Shown here piece by piece: positions 37,586 to 51,656 of a stretch of 64,000 nt of DNA. The notes under the pieces are model-generated. The model searched no databases, was not told the origin of the DNA, and saw only the letters and a program-made list of their open reading frames with translations. The position numbers and the translations under genes were made by a program. The DNA comes from Antedon mediterranea (Eukaryota; Animalia; Echinodermata), in the NCBI RefSeq assembly GCF_964355755.1, contig NC_092670.1, positions 38,428,388-38,492,387 of the forward strand, given 5' to 3'. The stretch's first letter is position 1. Every line of letters starts with the position of its first letter.

Positions 37586-40208
37586 GTTTACTAAAGATGA
37601 TTATCATACTAAGAATGTAAAGCAATCACACAATAGATCACCTTTTGTTAAGAGACAATAGAAGTATTTTATTTATTGTTAACACTATTCCTTTTTTTGT
37701 CTTTAATACAGACCAAAACCACATTACAAAACAAATTTCTCTCGCTTTCCACACTTTCTCTTTCCAACACCCAAGAATTTTTAGACATTTTGACAGAATA
37801 TAAAAAATAATATAAAGGCCAATATTTGTAAAGTAGTACACAAAGAAATTTAGCAATAAGAATGTTTAAATTTAAACAAAGTAAAGGCATAACTTTATTT
37901 TATTTTTATTTTATTCAATTTTTAGGAACAAAAACATATAAAACAAGACAGCGGTGCAGCACCCTGAGGATTGCCATGAGGCACTATCAAGATGGCTCTC
38001 CATAACAATTCATTAAATTAATTAAAATCACTGTATTTTGATATTTCAAAGAATAATTCAATTCAATTTATTTATTGGAAAAAATGTCATCCATATGAAC
38101 AAATGTACAAACAGAAAAAGAAAGAAAATTTGCAAATCTATTGCTAGATATAGGATACTTCTCCATCTATAATACATACTGTAATATTACTAATAGCAAT
38201 AATAATAGGCCTGGGTTTAATTCAAAAGCTGTAGTCAAGCCAAAAGTCAAATGTACAAGATTCACAATATGATAAATGCCTCTAATCATCGTACAGTACA
38301 TGCACTTTTGAAACTCAAATTATGATTTCTTTTTTAATTTAAAAAACTGTCAAGATATATTTTTCAACTTTTCTTCATCTAATATTTTGTATTCTCTATG
38401 CTATGTGCCTACTGTAATGTGTACTACATTTAGTTATTTGTGCCATTCAACTAATGTATCGAATCTTTCTCGTGTTTGCGTATCAAACAATATCCAACCT
38501 AACGACACTAAGTACTGTTGATCTAACGCAAATACAAAATCTTGACCCGGCACAGATCGCTCCAATAAAATGTTTGTTGCGTGGCCAGTAAAACAAAGTA
38601 TATTGTTGAATAAATGCAGTAACTCAAACACTATATCATTACAGATCTATCTCATTTCAGAAGTGTCAGTTTCAATTAAATATAATTCTATGTGAAGAAT
38701 TGTTTGATTATGGGTTGTATAACTAGTATAAAATACTATTGTTAACAATGTCAAGAAAGAATTAAGTAAGTATTTTGCTATTAACATGTACAGTTAATAC
38801 ACTGCATTAAATGAAACATTGTATCAGATATGTAGGGTAGATAATTCAGTATACTAAAACCTACATGAAATACTCTACATGTGTATTTTAAAGTACTGCA
38901 ATTTGTGGTCCAATGGATTGCTTATCATGAACAAGAGGTAGAAGGTTCAAATCCATTTAAATTCTTCAAAACAGCATTGAAACTTCCATGCGTAGTTATG
39001 TTTGGTAAACATAATTTTATGTTCAAAATCAACAACAATTTGTTAAATATATTTGTGATATGGCATCAGAAATGCTTGAGAAGAGTACTAATATTAATAG
39101 TAAGATGCCTATAGAGGAATGAATATAATTGCATCCAGGGTTGTTCACAATTAGAAACAGGCCAATGCCAAAAAGTAATGTTAAAATACAACTAAAAAAA
39201 TCTTTAGAATTCTTACTTTGTAAAAATATTACAGTTAACACTGTATATTTCAATCCACAGTTCACAATTGGAAACATGCCAATGCCATATTAATGTTAAA
39301 ATACAACTAAAAATCTTTGGAATCCATATTTTAAATACAGTAAAAAGATTAATATTAATAATACCAGATGTCTAATTATCAAGCTGGATTTGAACCCAAG
39401 ACCCTGGAATTTGAAAGCCATCATCTCAACCACTAAACAGTTGAAATACAGCAGATGATGATTGATGAGTGTCAGAATCTTCAATCAGCTTCAGTATGAC
39501 ATCCATGACCGCGAGGCAATAATCACATCCATCAAAATCATACAGTTTATTTGTACAGTTAGTATACAAGCAGGTTACACAGGTGTTTCTTAATGTTACT
39601 CACAGGCGTACAATAAAAAAATGATGGTGTAAAGTGACATTAGATAGTGATATGTACATAAAGCTCTGTCTATACTATCAAACTTATGTGACAAAATAAT
39701 GTGATGTGCCCATATGGACATGATGTCATATCAATACCATATTTGGGTGTATCACCACCATTATTTGGGCACTTTTGTTGTCAAACTAGTTTTATAGTGT
39801 AGACACTGACAGAGCTATATTTTACTGAATTTTTAGATATTATTATATGATAGATTATTTATAATATTAATATTTATTTCATTTTATTTTTCTAAAATGT
39901 ATTCTATGATATTGTTTTTATTTACTGACTTAAGGAATATATTTCATCTTTTTGATTATACAATAATCTTAACAACATGGAGGGTTTGTAAAATAAAGTA
40001 ATTTAATTATTCAAAAGAAAAAAAACATGTTGCTTTCATTATTGGGCCAAATAACTATAAATTTAGTTATTAGAAAAAGGGTACTCAAAATATTTCAATT
40101 TGAAAATCAAACTTTTTTTGACAAAAAAAGTGTGATGTGTCCGAATATGGTCATTGGTAGTGATATGCTTTAATATGGTAGTGATATGACATCATCATGT
40201 CCATATAT

Positions 40209-41815
40209 TTGGTTATCCGCAACGAAGTTGCAGGATAACCTCTTGTGATTGTACGAAATCATCATCATCAACATCTTTTTCTTAATCTTCTTTCTTTCTG
40301 TATGATTTTTGTGTAACGCTTTTCTCTAAAACTTGCAAACATAACATTTTGTTAACTATGTTAACATTTTGACATTTATGTAACGTCGTCATGCGAAGCT
40401 TTTCATGATGTTTACAATTGCGCAACGTGACGTACGCGCGATTTAACGATTTTCTCGTATTTAACATATGTCGAAAACCAAATAACATTTTAAAGTGAAA
40501 CTTTGCAAAAGTTTAATTTATATCATGCGCTAACTTTCTGTTGAAAAAAAATTGCGTGTTTTACACAAAGTTACGCGCGCACGCGCATTTAAAATTTCAA
40601 AATGCGCAAAATTAATTTATAATCAACTTTCTACGCGTTTCATGTCGTTTTAAGCATGTCAAAAATTCCCACGCGTGCGCACAATTTTAAGTGTGCGGTG
40701 CGCACGTAGCATTGAAAACGTATTTTTTTCGCGTGAATTATATTTTTCCAGCCTTTTCTAGTAATTTTACCAAATTTTAAACAATTTCGACTTAAAGATA
40801 CGTCATACGAGCACGTCGAATTGGACAATTTGCGTGCGTTTTTTTATGAAAAGGTTAAAAAACTCGTTTAAAATATGCCTTTTTTTAAACAGTTTTAATT
40901 TCTAAACTAGACGGTCAACTTTTTGTGGATGACATATTCTGGAAGTAGATGAGTTGTAGATATCGGATCAGGTATTAATATGGCTAACCGGACATTGTGA
41001 CGTCATCGTATGGCCACGCGAATATAAAATTTAGGATTTTTGTATCTTTCGTCATAGCTCTACACATTGAATAGAGCGCATCTCCACTTATTCGTTTTCC
41101 ATTTTCACCCCGATTTTGATATTGTCTAGGTCAATTAACTATCTTTCGCATGAGTTAAAAATATTTTAATTTTTTTGACGTCATCATGCCTAAAAATTTA
41201 AATCACGTGTGGCATCAATTTCATCTTTACAGTAAATTTTAATCTGTTATAGCACGTAAGAATAAAATGTGATAATCACGATTAAAACTTTTTCTGGAAG
41301 CTATTGGACTGTAGATACGAAATTATGTAAAAATGTTGCCAATCGGATGTTGTGACGTCATCATATGGCCAGTTAAATAAAAAAGGTCGTATTTTCATTT
41401 CTTGCGTCATAATTCATTACATTTAAACGAGCGCGCATCAATATTTCACGTATTCAAATTTCTTCTACACGCTAATACGTTGTTGCTGAGATAATTTCCT
41501 TTCGGAATTGCTACCTTTGCGTTTCATTTTAAAACCGTCAACATGTTAAAAATTGCAATAAATAGCGGGTCCCGTAATTTCACCAATTCTATGTATGTCA
41601 CTGTATGTGATATGGATACAGATTATACTGTGTATACTATATATGAATTTAAATAATAAAATTCAGCAATAATAATATATCATATTCTTCAGTTCAGGTC
41701 ATAATGCCAACGTGAAAACTTCCTTTTGTCCTCAACCTATCCCCTTAATGTTAATGTTGCACCACTTGCGCGGCGGATAACCAAACTCGTCAAAGTGACG
41801 AGTTACATGTCTAGT
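40209..41815 (+). mobile_element. Helentron/HINE element C (intact copy, subfamily of B)
   Basis: Same termini as B; near-identical interior; splits a family 1 MITE. Confidence 0.88.
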
Positions 41816-42081
41816 TTATTTTATTTTTATTTTTATTTTATTTTATTTCATACTCATCCAACAGCGAGTAACCCGCCAATTACAGGATGGATAAACTATT
41901 TAATAATTTCACAAGACAAACATATACACAAGATGCTCTACATAAACAAAGACTTATTATTGAGTCTTTGGGAGTGGAGTTGTAAATTGTCATGAGAAAA
42001 AACCCTGACATATGACAGGACTTGAACCCAGGACCCTTAGATCGGTAGCCAAGCATCATAACCACCAAGCCACAGCTCCAC
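41816..42081 (-). mobile_element. tRNA-derived SINE S1
   Basis: Collinear with the other S1 copies; (TTTTA)n tail abuts the HINE end. Confidence 0.78.
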
Positions 42082-44130
42082 TCCCATCACATAATTTGTC
42101 ACATAAAGTTTGATAGTGTAGACAGAGCTTTAGACAACAACTGGCACGTTGAAACTAAGCTACCACAACCAGCACATTGTTCTGAAATAATATGTTCAAA
42201 ATAAGAAGACTGACTACTTATAATAAAAGGGTGATTAGCTGTTGTATTCTTCAATAGAAGTCAGTAATTAACAGACTACTGAGAGTTTTAAGCAACACTG
42301 ACATTGAATTCATCAAACTATTGTATTCTCTAAATATGAATCTATAATAATTACTGTATTGTACTAAAGTTCATAATTTTCCCTTCATTCTTTAAAGATG
42401 TATTGTCAACTGAAAAAAAATATTTTTTGTTGTTGTTGAAAATGCCATTTTAATGTCACATAATCCACTTTGAACAAAAATTAAATCGAAAAAATAGGCT
42501 GCCAGTTTTTGGTTGAATTGTACAATTTATTTGTCATTTTATGAGAAAATATTATTTTCTTTTTCATTTTTTTTACGGAAGGGATTAACTTTATTACATC
42601 TACAAAACGTATTCAAAGTCTGATTTCATTATTCTTCATTTTTCATGTTTTTTTTAAACTAAAAAAAAACACTGAAAAAATAAATTTTATTTCATATAAT
42701 CAATTCGATATAAATTTCATAATTAGATTTTTAAAAAATATTTTAAAAATATTTAAAATGTTTATTTCTGATTTACTGACATAGAAATACAGGTAAATAA
42801 AACAAGATACATCAAAATTTTATTTACATTTAATTTAGAATTATTTTTTATTGGAATTATATGGTAATTGTTGTAACTACTGTGGAGTAGCTTTTCATTG
42901 GTCAGAGGTTTGCCCTACTCTGACGTAATTTTAAATTTGTACTTAATATTATTACTTAATAGTATTGTACAAATTATGTCAGAGGATGTGACAAACATCT
43001 GACCAATTAACATTATATTCTTATAGAATTATTTTATTACTGAATTATATCACTTACAATGCATTGTATGTATTGGTAAATTTATAGTTCCGGATTTCTT
43101 TAAAAAAAACCCACTACAATTATTTGAACAAGCATCATATTAACCACGACTTAAACAAAGTAAACAAAACTAGTTGATAAACACATTGATATATTTGCTA
43201 GAAAGCATTATTGAAAACATTTTTATAAATAGCGTTTTCTTTTTCAGTGTTTTTGAAAAATGAAAGAAAATTATATTCTTTCAGAATTGTTTATTAATAG
43301 AATGGTATCAGCTTTCAATTCATACACATATATCGGTAAATTTACGTTTTTATGGCGGTGGGTTTATTTACAGAAAAATCCCACCAATATTTGAATAGGT
43401 ATGATTCATTGGTATTAACCACTACAAATACGGATGTTTCATGCTATTACAAATCTATATTCATTTTTTAAAAAATCTATTGTTGCCTAAAGCTGAAAGT
43501 ATTCTGTACTAATTCCTACTACTACTACTAGTACAGTAGTACTCTGTATATTATTACATTTATTGGTTAGTCTCTAACAATAAAACAGTCATTTCTCATT
43601 TAAGCTAAAAAGACACCTACTTTCCACATACAATCATTGAATCTTAAACATTTTTAAATCAATCATTGATATTTTAAATTGGTTTCATTTATTTTCTTTG
43701 GTTTTTGTTTTTGTTATTCGATAAAATTGTACCTTATAATTTATTTTAGGCAGCCCTTCACAAGTTTTCGCTTTTTGGGTTTCGCCGCTCTTATTTATAA
43801 TTAATTCATCACAAACTTTGTACATAGAAAAGGAAAGAAAAATAAATGTTATGTTGTGTTGTTAGTGTCCCTTCCTGCATTCGAGAACCAACTGTGGGCA
43901 TGACCTAGATGGAACGCAAGCTACTGTAGTATTATTTAAAAAAATTGATTGCAGTTTATACTTCGTATGAACAAAAAATCTATTTTGATTATAAATTGAG
44001 CTCAGATCAGCTGGATAAAAATGACGAACTTATTTGCAACTACAGTGCTTATATACATCATGAACCGGGCATGAAACATAGAAATAAGTTATTCACACAA
44101 CTAAAAAAAAAAGATAAGATTGGCTCCTAC

Positions 44131-44277
44131 CATTCTAGCAATAAATGGCGCTGTGATCTCTCGTTTCCTTGTCACCAAGCTGCCCTTCTCCTGGGCTGGG
44201 GGCAATGACAGCGGCATGTCTGAAACTGGGTTAGTCCTCTGCATCGGTTGCACATATACTTTCAACTTTCTACTCAT
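44131..44277 (-). CDS. DYRK4: Putative alternative first coding exon of the DYRK4-like gene
   Basis: ATG + 49 open codons MSRKLKVYVQPMQRTNPVSDMPLSLPPAQEKGSLVTRKREITAPFIARM ending at a phase 0 ATG|gtagga donor; GC-richer than the flanks. Confidence 0.55.
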
Positions 44278-45682
44278 GATTGGCTACTAAAAACACCAGA
44301 CATTGATTTTTAATGTACTTATTCAAGTCTGGTACTGGTAGTAATAAAATATCTCCATTTATGTGAAACATAAAACGAAAGAAAAGCGTGGTATATATAT
44401 AGAATCTCCGATAATTATCTGCAATGTTTAATTTCCTTAATCACTCAGCTATAACATAATCAATGTAATAAAATGCCAATGTCCAGTTGTTTTAGCTATA
44501 ACATTTCTAAAAACATATAACAATGTTCTTTTCTATTTCTCTCAGTTGCTAGTGATTATGCTATTGCTCTTTAATAACTTTGCCTGTGTTGAGGATTAGT
44601 TACCCTGCCATTCAAATGTCTCACACACAACAGCCAATAACAATGCTTTGTCAGTGACTCACCTATTGTACAATGCACTCACCCAGCAAAAATTGACCAA
44701 TCACAAGACAGCCTTCAAACATCTTTTTATTTAGATCAAAACTTTTAGTCTAGAGGGAGCCCTAGAAAATGATGAGCTTTAAAATCTTAAATCCAGTATT
44801 AGAATAGTTATTACAATGTTGTAAACATTACATATATTTGTGATACTGCACATTAATTAGGGTATTGTATTAAATTATTTAGAATACTGCAGCAAATTCT
44901 TTAGGGTACTTGTACATAACTACAATACCTATCATTTATTTCATTTCATTTATTTCGTCTCACATATAACAAAAAATAACAAACAATAAAGAGAGACAAC
45001 AAAAAAATGTGTGGGGTGACAAACTTATTTCAATCAATTTTTTAAAAGGCTTACAATATATGCCTCTTATATAATTTGAAACTGACAAGTGACAGACAAT
45101 TTAAGTATTTTTTTGCTTTAAATTACATTTATTACAAAGTAAATAACTATTAATATTATGTGACATTAAAATAAAAAAAAGTTAACAAAAAATAATTTTT
45201 TTTTAGGGGAACAACATCTTAATAAAAGAAATTAAAATGCAAATTTATTTTGTACATGAATGTGAATTTGTGACGCAATTGTTCAAATTTATTTGTTGGC
45301 GGAGTCTAGATATAATATAATAGAGTATATTATTTTGTACATAAATGTGAATTTGTGACGCGATTGTTCATTGTTTGCCGAGACTATAATACAGTATTTA
45401 TTGAAATTTCTCTTCTCCTCTCTATGTTTAAATGTGTTTATGACAATGGACAAAAAACCTGTGCAATAAAAATGATTACATTGACAAATTAAATAAATCT
45501 AATTTTAAAAAGAAATAAAAATTAGTATACAATAATTTCCGGTAGCACGCTATTGGTTTATTATCTATGACATTTTATTTACTCAAAAACAAAAACAAAA
45601 ATAAAAGGGAGGGAAGAGGCGGTAAAACCTACACATTTTTAGGAAGAAAACATTTTTTAAAATGAGTAAAATAAATTATTTA

Positions 45683-45962
45683 TGTTGATATAAAGTTTGC
45701 GGTACACCACGTATATTAGTTCTGAAAAGAACTGTTGAGTTTCTCGACGTTTCGATCAATATGCTTTGATCGTCCTCAGGAGTGAGGGATGGGATTCATA
45801 AATGGTAGGTACTGCAGTTATGTACTACTCACTCCTGAGGACGATCAAAGCATATTGATCGAAATGTTGAGAAACTCAACAGTTCTTTTCAGAACTAATA
45901 TACGTGGTGTACCGCAAACTTTATTTCAACATTTGATTTCGCCATGCAAACCTACAAACAAT
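45683..45962. mobile_element. Penelope-like inverted pLTR pair
   Basis: ~104-bp near-perfect inverted arms around a ~40-bp spacer; one arm carries an extra ~30-bp tail; hammerhead core in each arm. Confidence 0.75.
45743..45782 (-). ncRNA. Minimal type I hammerhead ribozyme motif
   Basis: CUC-CUGAGGA-C-GAUCAA(AGCAUA)UUGAUC-GAAA-C-GUC-GAG: conserved CUGANGA and GAAA boxes, 6-bp stem II, GUC cleavage triplet, short stem I. Confidence 0.65.
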
Positions 45963-45969
45963 AAATAAT

Positions 45970-46184
45970 TTATTTTTTTATTTCATATTAATAGCACAAA
46001 CTCGCCAATTACACTACAGGATGGATAAACTATTTTATAATTTATCGTGCTTATAAACTATAAGTCTCATTTGAGGCTTATTAGGGACTGGAGTTGTGAG
46101 TTACAACCTTGGCACTAGATCAGGATTGAACCCCGGACCTTGAGATTGGAAGGCAGGCACGTTAACCATCAAGCTACAGCTCCA
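45970..46184 (-). mobile_element. tRNA-derived SINE S1
   Basis: Collinear with the other S1 copies. Confidence 0.78.
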
Positions 46185-49061
46185 CCACAAACTTACAGAC
46201 AAATTTAAATTACGGTACGCAACAATGTAACTGAAATGAGGCTTCTGTTCTGACAACGAAAAAAGTGTACCAAAACGGTGGATTAATTGCGAGTAATTTG
46301 TTGAAGATTATAATAAACATTGATGCAATTACCAGAGAAAAAATTGGCGAAATTATTCCCTGATTACTACTACTACGTAATTACCATGAAATAGTAGAAA
46401 AATGGATAGGAGGCAATGTACAGTAGCAGAATGAGTGACAGACCAGGGAATAATTTCGCCAGTGTAGCATAGCAAAAAGCTATATATTATTGCTACATCA
46501 CATTTCTAAAATTGTGTAGCAAAAAATATAATACAAAACTATGTTTCTGGACTAAAAAATCAGTTTGATTAGGAATAATTGCTAAACAAAATTTTAAAAT
46601 GAAATTTTTCTCTGCAGACCGTCAGTAAATAAATGATGATGATTTTTACATTTAATCATATAGTGTTACATGTCCATTGCACGGTAGCGCAATTACATAA
46701 AGAACTAGATCTCTCTTGCCAAACAACTACACGCCAGTCACTTAATGACCGGCACTTTATTATTCTACCTATCGTGTTACACCAGGTCACAAGGTCAACA
46801 CACTGCCAATTTTTTCGTGACCATGCTCTCCTTATTGACATAACTCTATGTAAATTTTTGTCCCCATATCCTAAAGCAATTAATAACAATTTGCCAACTT
46901 CAAAATAAAAGGCAAACGCGCTATATAGAAAATATTAAATTACATGGTAAGTCTTGATTAAAAGGTTTTATTTAAAAAGGTTAAATAGGGAGTTTGAATA
47001 GACAAGGAGGTTTAGACTAGGTGGTGATAAAAGGGATTTTAAGAATAAAGATACGCAGATATTTTGTTTGCGATATTACTAACAGGTGTTATGAAAGATG
47101 TTTTCAACAAGTCTTTCTGTGTCATCTGTCATTCAGTCACAATTGTCCTTTTAGTGGTGGTGCATGATTGCGACAATTGGACATATCTGTGACAATTGAT
47201 TTTATTGGGTTTAAAATAAATAAATGAAGAATAAGATCGTTGATATTTACTCATAAAATGGAAACAAATTGATTACTTTAGATACTTAATTGGAAAATAT
47301 AAGACTTACAGTATGGTTAAGTGTGTTTAAAACCATGTTTACTATTCTGCTCTGTTTGTTGACTGCTGTTGGGGAAGGGGAAATTATGATCACTTGGGAT
47401 CGTAACTGGTAAAGCAATGTTCCTACTCTAGCCTGTATGTTTATCTTTAAAAAAGATGTACAGCACGGGAATAATTTCGCCAGAGTAGCAAAACATACAA
47501 TATAAAACTATGTTTCTCAACTAAAAAATCAATTTGATTAGCAATATTGCTAAACAAAATTTTAAAATGAAATTTTTCCCTGTACAGTATTAATGTTTAT
47601 GTTTCCTTTATTTTATTCAAGATACTGAACCTCGCAGAGCCTGAAAAAAAATAAATTCTGCAAACCGAACCAAACAAAGTTGATCTTTTCAAAGTAGGAG
47701 ACTCTATAATCGACAAAACAACCTTCATTTAAGACTTATTACTTTAAAATGATTTACAATGTAAGTTCAAACATAAATGTCTTTAATGTCAAGGCTTACA
47801 ATGTTGATTCATACATGAATGTTAGATCATTAATGCTATTTTCACCTTTATCAGCTGCTTACTTCGCTAAAATCAATACTGAGAAACTGATTGGTCATTT
47901 CAAGTAATTTCAGCAAAGATATAGATTACACTGCAAGGACATTCTGCTCCAATTAATTACCAACTCTTTTTATAGATTCTGCGTTTTTATAATTTTCCAA
48001 TCTAAGACGACATTGGTTTAATGACATTGATGAACAATTCAATCAACTTCCATGTTAAAAATAAGACTTCAATCCATTATAAATAAAAGCATTATTACAT
48101 AACAAGGAGTTGTCAATATACCTTACTACAATATTATCATTAGGGCAAGGTATGTTTGCCAGTTATGATTCAACTCAAAATTTAAGACAACTGCAAGCGT
48201 TAGCGTTAGTTAGATGTAGATGATTTTAAAACAATTGGTTGTGTTGGTTGTTTATTGTTAAAAACATAATGTATAGTAAATTTGCCCTACTCATTATTGA
48301 TGAATTTAATTTTAAAGATATCAAATTAATAATTAATTTTTAGAAATATTACTATAAAACATCTTTTTGCCACTGTTATGCTAACAGTTTAACATAAAAA
48401 AAATTATGAAAAAAATTGTATACTGTAGGCAGGTATAATTATAGGTTTGATTGAAAACATTTAATATTTTCTAAACTATGTAGAACTTTAGAGGTATTCA
48501 CATGCAATGTGTGATTATATAGGTTTGTACTGTACATTAATACTGTAACAAACAGACAATTGCGTCTCATTGATAACTGTATGTACAGTAAGTAAACAAT
48601 GCAAGACTAGACTAGTTTTGGTGGACCAAATTTGGAACTAAAAAAAAGCTCTGTCGACACTATAAAATTTTATGTGACAACAAAATGTGATGAAATATGA
48701 AAATATCTTTAAGTTTAAAAATTAAAATGTATAATTTCTTATAATAAAATATTTGTAGTCTAGAATTTAAGTAGGGATAATTAGTGTACTCTTGGAGTTT
48801 AAAAACAAAGAAGTGGTTTTAGATGTGGTATCGTCAAAGTGGCTTCTTAAAATAGGTAAATTAAAGTGTGTTACCTCTACTAATAATAGTACATTGCCAG
48901 GTTGTCTAGATCAAAATAAGCATTTAAAAGGTTAGGTGACCATAGCAACTCACAACAACTTCCCTTTGTGAAGACCCGTTACGTTATAATCCTTATATAT
49001 TTCTGTTCAGTTAGGTAATTAGGGTGATATTGTTAAGTCAGTGAATAGGATAAAAGGGGTA

Positions 49062-49730
49062 TGGACCTACATGAACCAATTGTCAAGCCCCTTTCTAAGT
49101 ACTTAAGGAGTTAAATATACATACTGTAGGTAGACCCACAGGCAGAATAGTAAATGCCAAGCCCCACAACAGCAAGCAAATAGAAATAGTTAGATGTATG
49201 ATTTTAAAATGAAAGACGTACTTTAGGGACCTACATGAACCAACTGTCAAGCCCCTTTTCTAAGTACTTAAAAAGTGAAATATACATACAGTACTGTAGG
49301 TAGACCCACAGGCAGAATAGTAAATGCCAAGCCCCAACAACTTCAAGCGAATAGAAATAGTTAAAAGTAGATGATTTTAAAATGAAAGACCTAGGGACCT
49401 AAAGGAACCAATTGTCAAGCCCCTTTCTAAGTACTAAGGAGTTAAATATACATACAGTAGGTAGACCCACAGACAGAATAGTAAATGTCAAGCCCGTTTC
49501 TAAGTGTTCACTTAAAAATAACCAAGCCTCAGGATTTATTTTGATAACTGAATTTGATAATTACTTAAAGGAACCAATTGTCAAGCCCCCCCTTTCTAAG
49601 TAAAAAGGAGTTAAGTATACATATAGTAGGTAGACCCACAGGCAGAACAGTAAATGTCCTCTTGGTAAGTGTTCACTTAAAAACAACTAAGCCTCAGGAT
49701 TATTTTGATAACTGAATTTGATAATTACTT
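49062..49730. repeat. Compound tandem repeat, four ~165-175 bp units
   Basis: GAACCAATTGTCAAGCCCC...GTAGGTAGACCCACAGGCAGAATAGTAAATG recurs four times with two alternative 3' halves. Confidence 0.85.
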
Positions 49731-50927
49731 CCTCACTTGTATGATTGTAAGTTACAAAAATATTTACAGGTTCTTTTGTACAACTGATATTTTGACTGGA
49801 TCTCTGGAGGCTCACGCTACAGGGTAACATAATAGCTTCCCAAATTAAATAAAAGGTTTGAGTTTAAAACAGAATATCATAACATTGTGTGCGTACAATA
49901 TGCGTGAGAATGAAAGTCATTAAACATTCCAATTAATGGCAAATATTAATTAAATGGTGACAATTACTATCAAACGAAATTTGAACATTTTCAATTGGTA
50001 ATTTATTAAACAAAAGTGTTATTTTTAATTAATCCTAAGAGATTACTTAGTAAAACTGTTAATAAAATTTATATCTATAGTATAGGATTACCCAGGTAAT
50101 TGACTCTTTGTGTGATTGCTTTAACTACGCCAAAAACAAAACAAGGAAAAGATGCCTCCATCAGTAGGTAGTTTAGCATTTAATTTTGCCTTGGTTTATA
50201 ATATCATTTATTTTGTTTACTACTGTGTATGAACATGCTGTTTCACATCCTGGATCCACCACTTGTTCCTTTGCACTATACACTATGAAATGCTAGAGAA
50301 AGTTAAGTAAATAGTAAAGATAAAAAATAGAGAATAGGTGTTAGAATTTGCATCGAACATGGTGATTTCTGATAAGAGGATCAATAACCAATCATATTGC
50401 TTTGATTTGTCACGTTTGATTGACTTTATCAGTGAACGACATATGTATTTAGCAATGGAGGTTAAAGATTTGGTCGTTTACATGAGAAGGGATAGATTTA
50501 AAGCTACAGTATGTCTTCACTATCAAACTTTATGTGAAAACAAAACGTGATGTGCCCATATATGGATATTACGATGTCATATCACTACCGTATTGAGCAA
50601 ATCACTACTATATTTATATATCTATATTTATATTTATATCACACTTTTTTTGGTCAAACTAGTTTGATAGTGTAGACAGAGCTTAATATCAGAGAATATT
50701 AATAATAAATAATAAAATAAGCAAATATTATTACTGTTTTATTCACCATGCAAACCTTTAATAAACATTGTGTTGTTTTTATTTCATTTTTTTTGGATTA
50801 TGTCTTTTTTTGGTAGATGAGTGAGGTCATCCAGCCTCAAGACTTTCTACTGCTCTTGTTGATTAAGGTCTTTTTCTACCATGATTAATTTTAATCAGAC
50901 TCTACCCCAAGAGTCTTCTCTATCTAA

Positions 50928-51094
50928 AGCTCTGTCTACACTATCAAACTAGTTTGACAAAAAATGTGTGATGTGCCCAAATATGGTATAGTGAATGATA
51001 TGCCCAAACATGGTAGTGATATGACATCATCATGTCCATATATGGGCACATCACATTTTTTTGTCACATAATGTTTGATAGTGTAGACAGAGCT
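50928..51094. mobile_element. Harbinger-type MITE family 1 (near-consensus copy)
   Basis: Perfect 22-bp TIR AGCTCTGTCTACACTATCAAAC. Confidence 0.88.
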
Positions 51095-51553
51095 TTATAT
51101 ACACAAGGCTCATAGGTATGGTACAGTATGGGTGAGTATGACAAACTAGCTCCAAATTATGAGCATTAGGCTTATTCTTAGGATTGCTAGACATATTATA
51201 AGAACAAGATGGTCAACTCAAATGTAATCACAGCTCAAAAAGTGAGTCGGTCACCATGGATCAGAAAAAGACCACACAATATGGTTACATCAAATTGGCC
51301 AATCAGATACGAAAGTACAGTAAGAATGTTGCATGCAAAAATCGTTAATTAAATTAATTAATTCAAGTTAATTTGATAAAAATACTGTATTAAAAAAAAT
51401 CCATGCTATTGAAAAATCATAAGAGCAAATGAAGTAATTTCTTATATTCACACCTCCCCTTCCCTTAGGATGCATAGGCATAAAAAAAAAAAAAATTTAA
51501 TATAAATGTTGTACAGTAGCATTGAGCAAGAATTGATTATATACATTAGTTAC

Positions 51554-51656
51554 CTTTCCATGACGGTAATGAGAAGAAGGCCTCTTGGCAGCATGCGACT
51601 TGATAATAGGTAACATTGCGGCCTTTCTATCCTTCTTGTCGTTCACTCCACTTGAT
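51554..51656 (-). CDS. DYRK4: Putative DYRK4-like distal isoform, coding exon 2
   Basis: ctacag / AAG|gtaact; SSGVNDKKDRKAAMLPIIKSHAAKRPSSHYRHGK; phase 2 in, phase 0 out. Confidence 0.62.
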
